Origin: a bacterium
Lineage (GTDB): Bacteria > SM23-31
Length of the DNA stretch: 64,000 bases
NCBI GenBank assembly: GCA_965249485.1
Contig: OZ252239.1
Location: forward strand, 2,784,001-2,848,000
Direction: 5' to 3'
The notes below the pieces were generated by a model that did not search any database, had not been told where the DNA came from, and saw only the letters and a program-made list of their open reading frames with translations. A program made the translations under genes and the position numbers. Of this stretch, positions 30,257 through 40,893 are shown in pieces (the first letter of the stretch is position 1; every line of letters starts with the position of its first letter).

Positions 30257-30976
30257 TTATGCCGTTTCCGAAACTTCAACTTCTTCAGGTTGATCTTTTA
30301 CCGCCACTTCAATAATAGCATCACTAATAATCCTAGTTATAATCTCAATTGATTTATACGAATCATCATTCCCTGGTAACGGATACGTTATTCCATCGGG
30401 ATCACTATTAGTATCCACAACACCAAATATCGGTATTTCAAGCTTTCGTGCTTCATTAACCGCAATAAAATCTTTTATGATATCAGTTATAAAGACTGCA
30501 CCGGGCAATTTGCTCATTTCAGAAATACCACTAAAAACTTTTAAAAGTTTCTCTTTTTGTTTTTCTATAGTATGTATCTCTTTTTTTGATATCTTGTCGT
30601 AGGTTCCGTCGATTTCTTTTTTCTCCAAATTGTGGAGATGCCTGATATTTTTCTTAATTGTGCTGAAATTGGTGAGTGTACCACCTAACCACCGTTCATT
30701 CATGTAAAATTGACCGCTCCGTTCAGCATGAAACTTTATAATATCCTTTGCCTGTTTCTTAGTGCCGACAAACATTACTTTTTCACCCTTTTGTACTATT
30801 TTCTGAATAGCAATGCACGCATCTTCAAGACACTTTTGCGATTTCTTTAAATCCAGTATATAAATTCCGTTGCGTTCCATAAAAATAAATTCGCGCATTT
30901 TGGGGTTCCATCTACGGGTCAAATGCCCAAAATGTACCCCGGCGCTTAACAAATCATCAATTGTGACTCTCGGCAT
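30257..30976 (-). CDS. rpsB: 30S ribosomal protein S2
   Basis: AGVHFGHLTRRWNPKM, FVGTKKQA, RWLGGTLTN and VDTNSDP. Confidence 0.98.
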   Translation of the reverse strand: MPRVTIDDLLSAGVHFGHLTRRWNPKMREFIFMERNGIYILDLKKSQKCLEDACIAIQKIVQKGEKVMFVGTKKQAKDIIKFHAERSGQFYMNERWLGGTLTNFSTIKKNIRHLHNLEKKEIDGTYDKISKKEIHTIEKQKEKLLKVFSGISEMSKLPGAVFITDIIKDFIAVNEARKLEIPIFGVVDTNSDPDGITYPLPGNDDSYKSIEIITRIISDAIIEVAVKDQPEEVEVSETA

Positions 30977-31004
30977 TCCTTAATAAATCCTTACTAAAAA
31001 TAGG

Positions 31005-31391
31005 TTAACGTTTGGAGAACTGGAAGCGTTTCCGAGCTCCCTTTTGTCCATATTTTTTACGCTCAACCATACGGGCATCACGTGTTAAAAAATTCCCCTT
31101 GCGCATCTGAATTCTGTAATCTCCATCAACTTCAGATAGTGCCCGGGCAATCCCCAATTGCATTGCACCTGCTTGACCCGACAAACCTCCACCATGAACA
31201 TTGGCAATAATATCGTATTTGTCAGTCTGCCCAATCGATTCGATTGGTCTCAATATGTGCGTTGTTAATGAATCACGCTTGAAATAAGCTTTTAATTCAC
31301 GTTTATTAACTTTTATTTCACCTTTGCCGGGCAACAACCGAATTCGTGCAATCGATTCTTTCCTCCGGCCGGTGGCAACATAAACATCCAT
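31005..31391 (-). CDS. rpsI: 30S ribosomal protein S9
   Basis: ATGRRKES, GGGLSGQAGA and ERKKYGQKGARKRFQFSKR. Confidence 0.98.
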   Translation of the reverse strand: MDVYVATGRRKESIARIRLLPGKGEIKVNKRELKAYFKRDSLTTHILRPIESIGQTDKYDIIANVHGGGLSGQAGAMQLGIARALSEVDGDYRIQMRKGNFLTRDARMVERKKYGQKGARKRFQFSKR

Positions 31392-31406
31392 AATTTTCCT
31401 GACAGA

Positions 31407-31841
31407 TTAGTTTTTAAATACCAATGGTTCCGGTTTTTGTGCGGTATGAGGATGCTCATCGCCCGCATATATCTTAAGTTTTTTCAGCATCTTCCGCCCA
31501 AGAGTATTGTGCGGAAGCATTTTTCTGACAGCGTCATGAACAATAAATTCAGGATTAGTTTCCCGCATATGCTTAAATGATGTTGTATTAAGATGACCGA
31601 CATATCCTGTGTGCTTATAATACACTTTCTGCTCTTCCTTCAAGCCGCTTAGCTTTACCTTGTCGGCATTCACCACAACAACAAAATCACCGACATCTCT
31701 GTTTGGAGAAAAAACTGGCTTATGTTTACCACGCAGAATCGAAGCTATCTGGCTGCACATACGGCCAAGAATTTTATCCTGCGCATCGATTATAAACCAT
31801 TTCCTGTCGTTGTACTCGCCTTTTATTGTAAAAGTCTTCAA
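31407..31841 (-). CDS. rplM: 50S ribosomal protein L13
   Basis: WFIIDA...LGR, LRGKHKP, GDFVVVVNA and HPHTAQKP; TTG start. Confidence 0.98.
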   Translation of the reverse strand: MKTFTIKGEYNDRKWFIIDAQDKILGRMCSQIASILRGKHKPVFSPNRDVGDFVVVVNADKVKLSGLKEEQKVYYKHTGYVGHLNTTSFKHMRETNPEFIVHDAVRKMLPHNTLGRKMLKKLKIYAGDEHPHTAQKPEPLVFKN

Positions 31842-31870
31842 TATGTTTCCTTGTTTTTCTGAAAAGTTAT

Positions 31871-31899
31871 AATGTACTAATATAATTTTTTTTTGTCAA
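31871..31899 (-). promoter_or_regulatory. Sigma-70 promoter of the rplM-rpsI-rpsB-tsf-pyrH-frr operon
   Basis: Minus strand reads TTGACA-N17-TACATT. Confidence 0.7.
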
Positions 31900-31919
31900 T
31901 ATTTATTCTGCTTAACTTT

Positions 31920-33233
31920 TTAATCACGGCGAAGCCAATAGCGGCCTTTTCCGAAAACTCCAACAACTCTACCTACAAGCTCATTATCGAGAAAACAGGA
32001 GTTGGAGGACTTTGAATAAAATGATTCTTCCCCCACAGTCCACTTCGTATCCTGATTTAAAATGCAAAGATCCGCTTGAACACCCTCTTTGATTTCAGGC
32101 ACTGGCATATTCATGATCTTTCTCGGATTCACTACACAGAGATTAACCAGGTCTTCAATCCCTTTGAAACCTTGCTTATTGACCAATTCGGTAAAGTAAA
32201 TCCCTACTGCAGTCTCTAAGCCAGTTACGCCAAAAGCAGCTCTGTCAAATTCCCCTTCTTTGTCATCAATGATATGCGGCGCATGATCTGTTGCAATTGC
32301 ATCGATTGTGCCGTCTTTAAGCCCCTTTATCACTGCTATTCGGTCATCTTCCGACCGCAATGGCGGATTCATTTTAAAATTTGGATCGTATGTTTGAATA
32401 CATTGGTCAGTAAGTGTAAAGTGGTGCGGCGTCGCTTCCGAGGTCACATTTAATCCTTTGTCTTTCGCCATTCTGATCAGATCAACCGACTGAGCGCTGC
32501 TGATATGTTGAATATGAAGCCGTCCGCCAACATATTCGAGCAACTGAATATCCCGCGAGACAATGATATCTTCAGCAATAATCGGCATTCCAGTAAGTCC
32601 ACATTTTGTCGAATAGTATCCTTCGTTCATCGAGCCATTGTAAGTCAGTCTGATATCTTGTGCATGCTCAATTACCGGAATATCGAACATCTGAGAATAC
32701 TCAAGAGCGCGCCGTAAAATACTGCTATCTTGAACCGGCAAACCGTCATCAGTTATTCCGACAATTCCGGCCTTAACCATGTATCCGATTTCAGCAAGCT
32801 CTTCTCCTTTTGAATTCTTGCTGATTGCGCCTATAGGGTAAACCTCAACAAGTAAATCTCTAGCTTTTTCTTTTACAAATCTAACTACTTCCTGGTTATC
32901 AATTACCGGTTTCGTATTCGGCATACAGCATACAGCTGTAAATCCTCCTGCAGCAGCGGCAGCACATCCGCTCTCAACTGTTTCCTTCTCTTCCTGGCCC
33001 GGTTCCCTGAGATGAACATGTAAATCAATGAGGCCCGGCAAAACGGTACAATTATCAATTGAAACTACGTTGGTGTCTTCCGGAACAGCTTCGACATTGC
33101 CGATTTTCTCAATACGGCCATCCTTGAGGAGAAGGTCTACCTTGTACGACGTGCGCTTAGCCACATTCCAAACATGCCCGTTTTTGAGCAGCACATAACC
33201 GCTCATTTGCTTATCACGAAGTTGTTTAGTCAT
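31920..33233 (-). CDS. pyrC: Dihydroorotase (multifunctional-complex type)
   Basis: PGLIDLHVHLREPG, MPNTKP, KMNPPLR and ATDHAPH. Confidence 0.95.
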   Translation of the reverse strand: MTKQLRDKQMSGYVLLKNGHVWNVAKRTSYKVDLLLKDGRIEKIGNVEAVPEDTNVVSIDNCTVLPGLIDLHVHLREPGQEEKETVESGCAAAAAGGFTAVCCMPNTKPVIDNQEVVRFVKEKARDLLVEVYPIGAISKNSKGEELAEIGYMVKAGIVGITDDGLPVQDSSILRRALEYSQMFDIPVIEHAQDIRLTYNGSMNEGYYSTKCGLTGMPIIAEDIIVSRDIQLLEYVGGRLHIQHISSAQSVDLIRMAKDKGLNVTSEATPHHFTLTDQCIQTYDPNFKMNPPLRSEDDRIAVIKGLKDGTIDAIATDHAPHIIDDKEGEFDRAAFGVTGLETAVGIYFTELVNKQGFKGIEDLVNLCVVNPRKIMNMPVPEIKEGVQADLCILNQDTKWTVGEESFYSKSSNSCFLDNELVGRVVGVFGKGRYWLRRD

Positions 33234-33246
33234 AGTTTAATCAATA

Positions 33247-34188
33247 TTATTGATTTTCTCTTCCACTTAATAAATAGAGTACTGCCATCCGAACAGCCAC
33301 CCCATTTGTCACCTGATTGAGAATGATGGAGTGTTCGCAATCAGCAACATCAGTGTCAATTTCCACACCCCTGTTAATAGGGCCTGGGTGCATTATAATC
33401 CAGTTTTTATCAAATTTATCCAGTCTGTCCATGGTAATACCAAACTGATCACGGTATTCACGGAGCGATGGGAAAAGCCCGCCTTTCTGACGTTCGAGTT
33501 GAATGCGCAAAACATTCAATACATCTGCAAACTGCAACGCTTCATCCAGATCATAAAATACCTTGATGCCGAACTTATCAATATCTCTCGGGATCAGGGT
33601 CGGAGAACTGCAAATGGCAACATTTGCGCCAAGACTTTTCAATCCATATATGTTGGAAAGTGCAACTCTGCTGTGGCGAATATCACCGACAATACAAACA
33701 TTAAGACCTTTCAAATCTCCGGATTTTTCCCTGATACTATACATATCGAGCAGCGCTTGCGTCGGGTGTTCATGAGTACCGTCACCTGCATTAATTATAG
33801 ATGATTGTAAGACTTGAGATAAAAATAGCGGTGTCCCCGGTGAGGAATGACGTACTACAACCATATCTATCTTCATTGCCTCAATATTTTGAGCAGTATC
33901 CCTAAGTGACTCACCTTTTTTCAAGCTGCTTGTGCTTGCTGAAAAGTTAACTGCATCTGCAGAGAGCCTTTTTTCCGCCAGCTCAAACGATATTCGCGTT
34001 CTTGTCGACGGCTCAAAAAAGAGATTCACGACCGTAATACCCGTCAAAGTAGGAACTTTTTTAATCGGTCGCTCCAAAACCTCTTTAAATGAGAACGCAG
34101 TATCAAGAATATGAAGAATCTCTTCCCGAGAATAGTCTTCTAATCCAAGAAGATGTTTTCGTGCAAATGAAAATTTTGTCTTTCCCAT
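33247..34188 (-). CDS. pyrB: Aspartate carbamoyltransferase catalytic subunit
   Basis: [29 protein letters not shown] and MHPGPINRG. Confidence 0.97.
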   Translation of the reverse strand: MGKTKFSFARKHLLGLEDYSREEILHILDTAFSFKEVLERPIKKVPTLTGITVVNLFFEPSTRTRISFELAEKRLSADAVNFSASTSSLKKGESLRDTAQNIEAMKIDMVVVRHSSPGTPLFLSQVLQSSIINAGDGTHEHPTQALLDMYSIREKSGDLKGLNVCIVGDIRHSRVALSNIYGLKSLGANVAICSSPTLIPRDIDKFGIKVFYDLDEALQFADVLNVLRIQLERQKGGLFPSLREYRDQFGITMDRLDKFDKNWIIMHPGPINRGVEIDTDVADCEHSIILNQVTNGVAVRMAVLYLLSGRENQ

Positions 34189-34205
34189 TGTCGTATTTCG
34201 TTTAT

Positions 34206-34760
34206 TTAACTATTAGCCTCTAATTCAACTAAATACACGCCGTCTTCTCCGTCTTCTTCTTCAACCTGAACCTTGATTTCTTCTCCGTGCATAGTGACAA
34301 AATCTTTTCCGGTCACTTGAGGTTGGATTGGAAGTTCTCTCTGCCCTCTGTCGATAAGGACTGCGAGCTGAATACAGGCAGGTCTTCCGAGATCCATTAA
34401 CGCATCCAACGCGGCCCGTACTGTCCTTCCGGTATAGAGAACATCATCAACAAGGACAACGTTTTTCTCATCAATTGAAAATGGAATTTGTGAAGCCTGT
34501 ACACTCGGTGTTTTCAGACGAGTCCGAAAATCATCCCGGTAAAATGTCACGTCAAGAAACCCGAGAAGTGATGAATGATCTTGTTTCCCAAACAAAATAT
34601 CGGAAATTCTGCGTGCAAGATGTGCACCCCTTGTACGCATACCAATTATCACCAAACTTTCCGTATTAGGATTGAGTTTTTTGATTTCTCCAGCCATGTA
34701 CTCAACAGTTTTCTGGAGTGTCGACTTATCAAGGAGCTGAGATTTTATTTTTGTTTTCAT
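34206..34760 (-). CDS. pyrR: Bifunctional pyrimidine regulator / uracil phosphoribosyltransferase
   Basis: [26 protein letters not shown] and DRGQRELPI. Confidence 0.95.
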   Translation of the reverse strand: MKTKIKSQLLDKSTLQKTVEYMAGEIKKLNPNTESLVIIGMRTRGAHLARRISDILFGKQDHSSLLGFLDVTFYRDDFRTRLKTPSVQASQIPFSIDEKNVVLVDDVLYTGRTVRAALDALMDLGRPACIQLAVLIDRGQRELPIQPQVTGKDFVTMHGEEIKVQVEEEDGEDGVYLVELEANS

Positions 34761-35337
34761 AGTGGTAGAACTATTTTATTATCATGTTTCAGTATCGGTC
34801 TCAATGATATAACTGTACAACATTTAAATCAATCATCATTACGTACTATTTTGAATATAATTTTAGCTATATTTTCACACAAATTTCTCGCTTGTTGCTA
34901 TCTATTGATATAAAAATATTGCCAAAATGCTGGGGATAATATTGGGGACAATAACACAAGATTATCGGTCAGGGCACAAGTTATAAATTTTTTATAATAA
35001 ATCAAACTATTTTATTTCACTTTTCAATGGATTCGACATGCCAAAACACATGAGATTAATTGCAAAATATCAAGGCGTTTATTACATTGAGGGAATTTCA
35101 GACAATGGTAATTTGATAAAGGAATTTCATATCGATAATCGAATAAACAGGAAACAATTCTAGCAAAAATAATGCCTATAAGATACTTTAAATTCATTAG
35201 GCATTTTATTTTTGTGTATTGGATAGATATAGTTCCAAGAGAAGCGCCATTTAGATGAAATTGATGCGTTGCAGCGCCAATAGTGTTTCTTATCTTAAAA
35301 GTCTGAAATCAATCCAAATCGCTCTGAACAGATACAG

Positions 35338-36708
35338 TTACGGTATTAAAATAATCTCATCGTTCCGAGGATAGAGCGCCTCAACTCCCTTCTCGGTGAC
35401 AATCGAGTCATCTTCGAAATTAATACTCAACACAATTCCCCATTCGGGCACCCAGGTATGGACGTGGAATTCAAACGCAAAGAGATGGCTCTGCTGAATT
35501 TTAAAATGAAAGCGACCCTTACGGAAAGCTCCCATTGAAGGACCTGCTGCAATCTCACTGTTTCCCGTATTGCCCACACTATGATTGCTGGTAAAAAACC
35601 CGGTTTTTCCGGAATCTCCAAGTGCATTAATCAACAGCCTATATTCTGACCCAATGTCGGTATTCTCCGTGTAAATAAATCCAGCATCTTCCAGGGCACG
35701 AATAACCATCCCTTCCATTTCACCGGCAGTATAGCCAATCTTGATGGTCTTACGGATAATTTCACGTGCCTGTATCCCCCGGTCCCATACATGTTGGACT
35801 CCTGCCGGAAGGGACGTTTCGCCTTCCTTAAGAATATATGCTTTTCGTTTAAAGTCCGTACCGAAATTCAAATATCTGAGACCCACATCCCACGTCAAAA
35901 AATCACCCCGCTGATAAACTCTTCCTTTCTCCGAATGGGGTACTTCTCCTGTTACTCCAGGAGCCATGGAATATGAAGCACTTGGAGCGCTCAGACCATT
36001 CGGTAAGGTAATTAATCCTCTTGATAAAAGCTCTTCCTGAAACCACCAACCGAGTTCCTCCCGTGTGGTGACACCCGGCACTATCCTTCTATAGGCTTCT
36101 TCCATAAGTTGTCTTTGTATTTCACATATCTTTGCAAAGGCTATAATCTCAGACTGAACCCTTCTCACTCGGAAATCGGTTATAAGATTCTCAGCAGAGA
36201 TCAGTCTTGACGCATATTTATCGCCAAGCATCGTGACCAATCTCAAATATCCGGTATGGGTTAGCCCGTTGGATGCGGGAAGCCAGTCCGACATATTGAC
36301 GGCAATGCGTCTGGGTTCGCGCTCAGTGACAAAATCATGCAGATCTCGTTCCGCACTAAATATGTCGTAAAGTTCAAGATCCCCTCTACCGGCACCAAGT
36401 AGTGCACGTTCGATCCTGTCACCACCACGGTCGGTAAAAATAACAAAAGTCAGGGTGTCGGTCACAGTTATACTACCACTAACGCCAAGGTCCAGGGTAA
36501 GGGGATCATTTATACCACCCATCATCACATGGATCCACATGTCGATATTATTATCCCTCATGGCGCCGGGCAGGACGAGGTCGAACTTCTCTTTACGGAT
36601 CATTTTCATCGTTTCATAGCGGGAGCGCGCTTCCTGCGCCTGTGCACCGCATCCCGGTATGAGGATAATGACTAAAAACAATGCCGTTAAAATCCGTGTC
36701 TTACTCAT
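35338..36708 (-). CDS. Exported M24-family (Xaa-Pro aminopeptidase-like) metallopeptidase
   Basis: Signal peptide or lipobox (IPGC); pita-bread-fold ligands in WDVG...GTD, NHSVG, FEF and FEDD; GGAGG RBS before ATG 36708. Confidence 0.8.
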   Translation of the reverse strand: MSKTRILTALFLVIILIPGCGAQAQEARSRYETMKMIRKEKFDLVLPGAMRDNNIDMWIHVMMGGINDPLTLDLGVSGSITVTDTLTFVIFTDRGGDRIERALLGAGRGDLELYDIFSAERDLHDFVTEREPRRIAVNMSDWLPASNGLTHTGYLRLVTMLGDKYASRLISAENLITDFRVRRVQSEIIAFAKICEIQRQLMEEAYRRIVPGVTTREELGWWFQEELLSRGLITLPNGLSAPSASYSMAPGVTGEVPHSEKGRVYQRGDFLTWDVGLRYLNFGTDFKRKAYILKEGETSLPAGVQHVWDRGIQAREIIRKTIKIGYTAGEMEGMVIRALEDAGFIYTENTDIGSEYRLLINALGDSGKTGFFTSNHSVGNTGNSEIAAGPSMGAFRKGRFHFKIQQSHLFAFEFHVHTWVPEWGIVLSINFEDDSIVTEKGVEALYPRNDEIILIP

Positions 36709-36840
36709 TATGTGACCTCCTTTACAATCCTCTTTTTCGTCCATTAACTCATTGATACAGCAATACTTTCTCAGATACTTATTCAATTTAGCAATTCAGC
36801 AATTATTTAAAATTACTCATTGATACGTTGGACGATTATT

Positions 36841-36995
36841 CCAGCCTGGTCCGCAGAAAGTGCGAAGATTGCTTTTAGATCCGACAGAGATTATAATGCG
36901 GATGTTTACATTAAGAACGCTGATGGCTCCGGCCAGACAATGGTAATAAACATGGGGCTTTTGATATGAATCCTTCATAGTCTCTAAATGGTACG
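36841..36995 (+). pseudogene. Remnant of a TolB-like/PD40 beta-propeller gene
   Basis: Reads PAWSAESAKIAFRSDRDYNADVYIKNADGSGQT, then after a frameshift HGAFDMNPS*SLNG (TGG to TAG). No intact start. Confidence 0.75.
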
Positions 36996-37077
36996 TATCA
37001 ATTGGTCCGGTGGATAGTAAAACTCAACGCCATTATCGATGGCAATCACGCCGTTTTGGTGAACTGCCTTGCTGATC

Positions 37078-38766
37078 TCATTGCAGGATCCAGACAAATA
37101 CACCAATTAATAATCCTACTCCCAGCCATGATGCAAGAAAACCCAGGACACTAACAAGGCTCGGTTTCATGATCTCAAAATCAGGATGATTTATCAAAAC
37201 TGATCGTGGAGCAGGTTTTGTTCCTTCAGGGAGAGTAAGCGGTTCAACTTTCGGTTCATCCGGTTTTACCGGAGTACGAAGACATTCATACAGGCGATCC
37301 AGCTTTTCTTTATCCTGAGATTTTGTAAAAAGACTGACACCCACCATGACAACCAGACCAACTGTCAGATAGATAATCATCTGCCAGGGCAGAGAAAGGT
37401 TCCCTTCATATAACATGAAATCGGGTAAAAAGCGGGCAAAATGAGCATTAAAGTCCCAGCCAATGAGATCATTCGTGCTGGTGAATAACCATGCTGCAAA
37501 ACCGCTCAATGTTGAGGCCCAGGCAGCAGTAGCTGTTGCCTTTCTCCAGAACAAACCTACCCAGAAAGCTATTCCCAGCATTGCCTGCACTTTCCACCAG
37601 ATCTCTAAACCCTGCACGACACTCGATAAACTAAACGCAAATATGATTCCACCGATCACGATAATAACAGATGAGATTCTTCCTATTAAAAGATAATGCT
37701 TATCATCCCGGCCTGGTCTGATCAGAGGTTTGTAAATATTTTCCGTAAACAGAGCTGCTGACGAGATCATTAAGCAATCGCATGTACTCATTACCGCTGC
37801 CAGCATGGAAGCAATAAAAAGCCCGATAAGACCCGGCCCAACCATAGACAACAGATCACGTGCCAGATATCCGTACACATAGTCTACATGAATCGTTTTG
37901 CCTGCGTATAAACCTATTCCACATAATCCTATCAGAACCCACGAGATAGTGACTATTCGTTTGAAGAAATGCCCACCGACAAGTCCTACTCTCGCCTCCA
38001 TCTCAGTTTTGCCGGCAGCGCACATTGTCATGGAATGAGGAGCTGTAACCCAGCCGACAAGTCCATTAACAGATATTATTATTACATAAAATATAGTGAT
38101 CTCACCGGGGGCAACAATCGAGAACATTGACGGGTCATCGACAATCGATTTTAATCCTCCCAATCCCCCCACTGCATTTAAGGCAAATGGTAAAATCAGA
38201 AAAGAGAGCACAAGTGCTAAAAGACCCTGAACTAAATCTGTTATAACCGCTGCATGCAATCCACCAGCGACACCGTAGATTACGAACAGAACTGTCATTG
38301 CACCAATTGCAAGTGCAGGGCTGATCGCACCACCGGATACAGCGGTAATCATTGCGCTTGATCCCTTGAGTATTAAGCCAATTTCGACGGTCAATTGTGC
38401 CATGCCGACCAAGGCAAAAAGAACTTCTACGCTCCTGCTATAACGTTTGGAAAAGTAATCCGCTGTTGTTACCGCTCTCATACGCCTAAAGAGGGGAGCC
38501 AATAACCAGTAGAAAGGCGTGGCAAACAACCATAACCACTGATACCAGATTCCGGAAGCACCAGATTGGTAAGTTTTTGCTGCTACAGCGACCGCCGAAT
38601 CAGTATGTGTTCCTGTCCCAAATGAAAAGAACATCATCATGATTTTTCCGAACGTGCGGTCACTGATAAAAAAAGTTGAGGCAGCCTTTACTTTTCTAGT
38701 GGCTCTGATTCCTATCAGTGTTATACCGATCAGGTACAGAAAAATAACCAGCCAGTCAATAATCAT
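37078..38766 (-). CDS. Sodium:solute symporter (SSS family)
   Basis: About 13-14 TMs; YGVAGGLHAAVITDLVQG and ASMLAAVMSTCD. Confidence 0.9.
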   Translation of the reverse strand: MIIDWLVIFLYLIGITLIGIRATRKVKAASTFFISDRTFGKIMMMFFSFGTGTHTDSAVAVAAKTYQSGASGIWYQWLWLFATPFYWLLAPLFRRMRAVTTADYFSKRYSRSVEVLFALVGMAQLTVEIGLILKGSSAMITAVSGGAISPALAIGAMTVLFVIYGVAGGLHAAVITDLVQGLLALVLSFLILPFALNAVGGLGGLKSIVDDPSMFSIVAPGEITIFYVIIISVNGLVGWVTAPHSMTMCAAGKTEMEARVGLVGGHFFKRIVTISWVLIGLCGIGLYAGKTIHVDYVYGYLARDLLSMVGPGLIGLFIASMLAAVMSTCDCLMISSAALFTENIYKPLIRPGRDDKHYLLIGRISSVIIVIGGIIFAFSLSSVVQGLEIWWKVQAMLGIAFWVGLFWRKATATAAWASTLSGFAAWLFTSTNDLIGWDFNAHFARFLPDFMLYEGNLSLPWQMIIYLTVGLVVMVGVSLFTKSQDKEKLDRLYECLRTPVKPDEPKVEPLTLPEGTKPAPRSVLINHPDFEIMKPSLVSVLGFLASWLGVGLLIGVFVWILQ

Positions 38767-39053
38767 AAGCTGATAATTCCATTATCATTTTTCCTAAATG
38801 GAAAATCTTGGATTCAGGTCAAATCTTGCCTAAAATTTGACGTATACTATAAGGCTTCTCAAGGACACGATGTCAGCAGATACTATAGAAGTTAGTGTAG
38901 GTGTGAAAATGCCTAAAAAGTACATAATTTGCTTTATTCAAAACACATTTATGTACTTATGTTGCCATACAGGCGACACAATAAATTATAGCATGAAAAC
39001 AACCTGATTAGCTATATAAATTCATCAGGAATTGCATACCAATTGACAAATTT

Positions 39054-40373
39054 CTACCTTGTCCAGTCCAATATTACTTTCGCGGTTACTTTAATTGCTC
39101 TAATGTAGTCCGGCAAATCAATCCACTCGTCAGGAACCCCGTTCTGTGTTAAATTACCTGCAAGCGGACCGTATGCGATTGTAGGAATCCCGGCATACAT
39201 ATTGGTATTATATATTGAGCTTGCTGCGTGCATTGGATTAGTACCAGGCTTTTCACCAGTGACGGTCTGAACAGCATTACTCACTGTTTTGAACATTGGA
39301 TGTTCTTCAGATAGTTCCGTAGCTTCCCCACCAAACAACCACACGAGCGAAGCAGGGTGTTCATTCAGCCAGGAATCCGATTTAGAGGCTTCGGAAATAC
39401 AATCCTCTACCTCTTTCTGAACCTCCTTGAGTCTTTCAGTAGGTGGAAAGGTTATTTGTGCTTCAATAGTGCATTTTTCGGGGATTCCATGATGCTGATC
39501 GAGTCCTGTGCCTTCGAGACTAATGCGGTCGACAAGTAAATTAGTGGACCGTCCGACCTTTTCGTCTATAACTTTATAATAGACCCTCTCACCTCTTTTC
39601 GCATCCAGCTCTTTAAGCGCTTTAATAATTAAAATCGCTTTGTCAAGGGCATTAATACCAAGATGGGCATACGCCGTTTTACGCGGGTTATCTGTATTAG
39701 GCGACTTGCCTGAAACGGTAATCCGGAAAATTACAATCCCCGGCGTAACATTTTGTATTTCACTCATACCCACTCCCAACTCTTCAGGGTGAAGGTATAT
39801 ACAACCGTCCGCGCGGTAACCCTTGTCTAACAGAGCAATAATACCCCGTGCCTGCTGCTTCGTTACTGCACTGCCGAGATATACGTCACCCCCGGGCTGA
39901 AGTCCGGCGCTACGTACAGCATCCAGGGCTTCTGCTATGATGGCAATACCTTCAAGGTCATCTGCCACACCGTAACCATAGAGCCTGTCTCCTTCAATTT
40001 CAGCAGTGAATGGGTCACGAGTCCAGTCTTTGGTGGTAGCTGTTGATATGGGCACGGGATCGGGGTGTCCATACATTAAGAGACTTCTGCCGTTTCCCGC
40101 ACCGGAATACGTACCGACGACGGTTATACGTTCTTTATTGTTAATCCATTCATCGGCAGCAAACTCATGCTCCATTTTAATACTCGAGGGGAGTACCTTC
40201 AGCACTTCTGTCTTACTACATCCCACTTCCTTAAACCTCTTTGCCACAAGGCCTTGAACGGCTTCTTCACCCTCTTTTTGTGCTTTGATGAGCTCTTTTA
40301 GAAAAACGATATGCTTTTCTTTATTGTTGTCAATTTTATCGAATAAGTCCTGGATCTCTTTGGTATTGGTCAT
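39054..40373 (-). CDS. M20/ArgE-DapE-like amidohydrolase with non-canonical metal ligands
   Basis: GNGRSLLMYGHPD, WTRDPF, LYGYGVADDLEG, GINALDKA and GIPTIAYGP...DEW. Confidence 0.8.
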   Translation of the reverse strand: MTNTKEIQDLFDKIDNNKEKHIVFLKELIKAQKEGEEAVQGLVAKRFKEVGCSKTEVLKVLPSSIKMEHEFAADEWINNKERITVVGTYSGAGNGRSLLMYGHPDPVPISTATTKDWTRDPFTAEIEGDRLYGYGVADDLEGIAIIAEALDAVRSAGLQPGGDVYLGSAVTKQQARGIIALLDKGYRADGCIYLHPEELGVGMSEIQNVTPGIVIFRITVSGKSPNTDNPRKTAYAHLGINALDKAILIIKALKELDAKRGERVYYKVIDEKVGRSTNLLVDRISLEGTGLDQHHGIPEKCTIEAQITFPPTERLKEVQKEVEDCISEASKSDSWLNEHPASLVWLFGGEATELSEEHPMFKTVSNAVQTVTGEKPGTNPMHAASSIYNTNMYAGIPTIAYGPLAGNLTQNGVPDEWIDLPDYIRAIKVTAKVILDWTR

Positions 40374-40819
40374 CTGTTACTCCTTCTACGATAATTTTTA
40401 TTTACCTTATAATCCCATATTAAATCTCAATAAGAAAATAAATTGGGTTTGTTAAGAAATGATGCTAATTTAAGAGGTGATGTACTTCGTAAGAACAAAC
40501 TGGATATTGTGCTACATAAAGTACGGTAGGTATTTAACTTTATCAAGGATTTCCTGCTCCTCGGGCTGCATGATTACTTAGCAGATAAACAGTCAATTTT
40601 TTCAGAAGTTATCATGAGGGTTTTAATGTGATGTGTTCTTCCCAAGATGAAATAGTACGCCTCCAATTATCACTTTAAAGTCATCCAACTATATAGTACT
40701 GGCTAATTTAAATTAATTACCGAAATACTTGATCTATGCAAGGAATAGTGCTGAGGAAACTCAGTAAATGGCAGCATGAAGGTAATTATAACAGCTCATA
40801 AATCAAATAATAACAATTG

Positions 40820-40893
40820 TGGGCGATAAGGGACTTGAACCCCTGACCTCTGGTATGTGAAACCAGCGCTCTAACCAGCTGAGCTAATCGCCC
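40820..40893 (-). tRNA. tRNA-Val (CAC)
   Basis: GGGCGATTAGCTCAGCTGGTTAGAGCGCTGGTTTCACATACCAGAGGTCAGGGGTTCAAGTCCCTTATCGCCCA folds as a cloverleaf with anticodon loop TTCACAT. Confidence 0.96.

Noticed and set aside
34761..35040. PyrR-binding attenuator upstream of pyrR
   Set aside because: No AGUCCNGNGAGGYU-like binding loop or clear terminator/antiterminator pair was seen.
34900..35330. attR-like duplication of the tRNA-Val 3' end, and a 41-codon plus-strand ORF (MPKHMRLIAK...)
   Set aside because: No convincing direct repeat of the tRNA end, no integrase, and no recognisable motif in the ORF.
39054..40373. M20 enzyme as the missing N-acetyl-DAP deacetylase (DapL) for dapH
   Set aside because: It is 27 kb away in an accessory islet, is ArgE-like rather than of the DapL/amidohydrolase subfamily, and has degenerate ligands.
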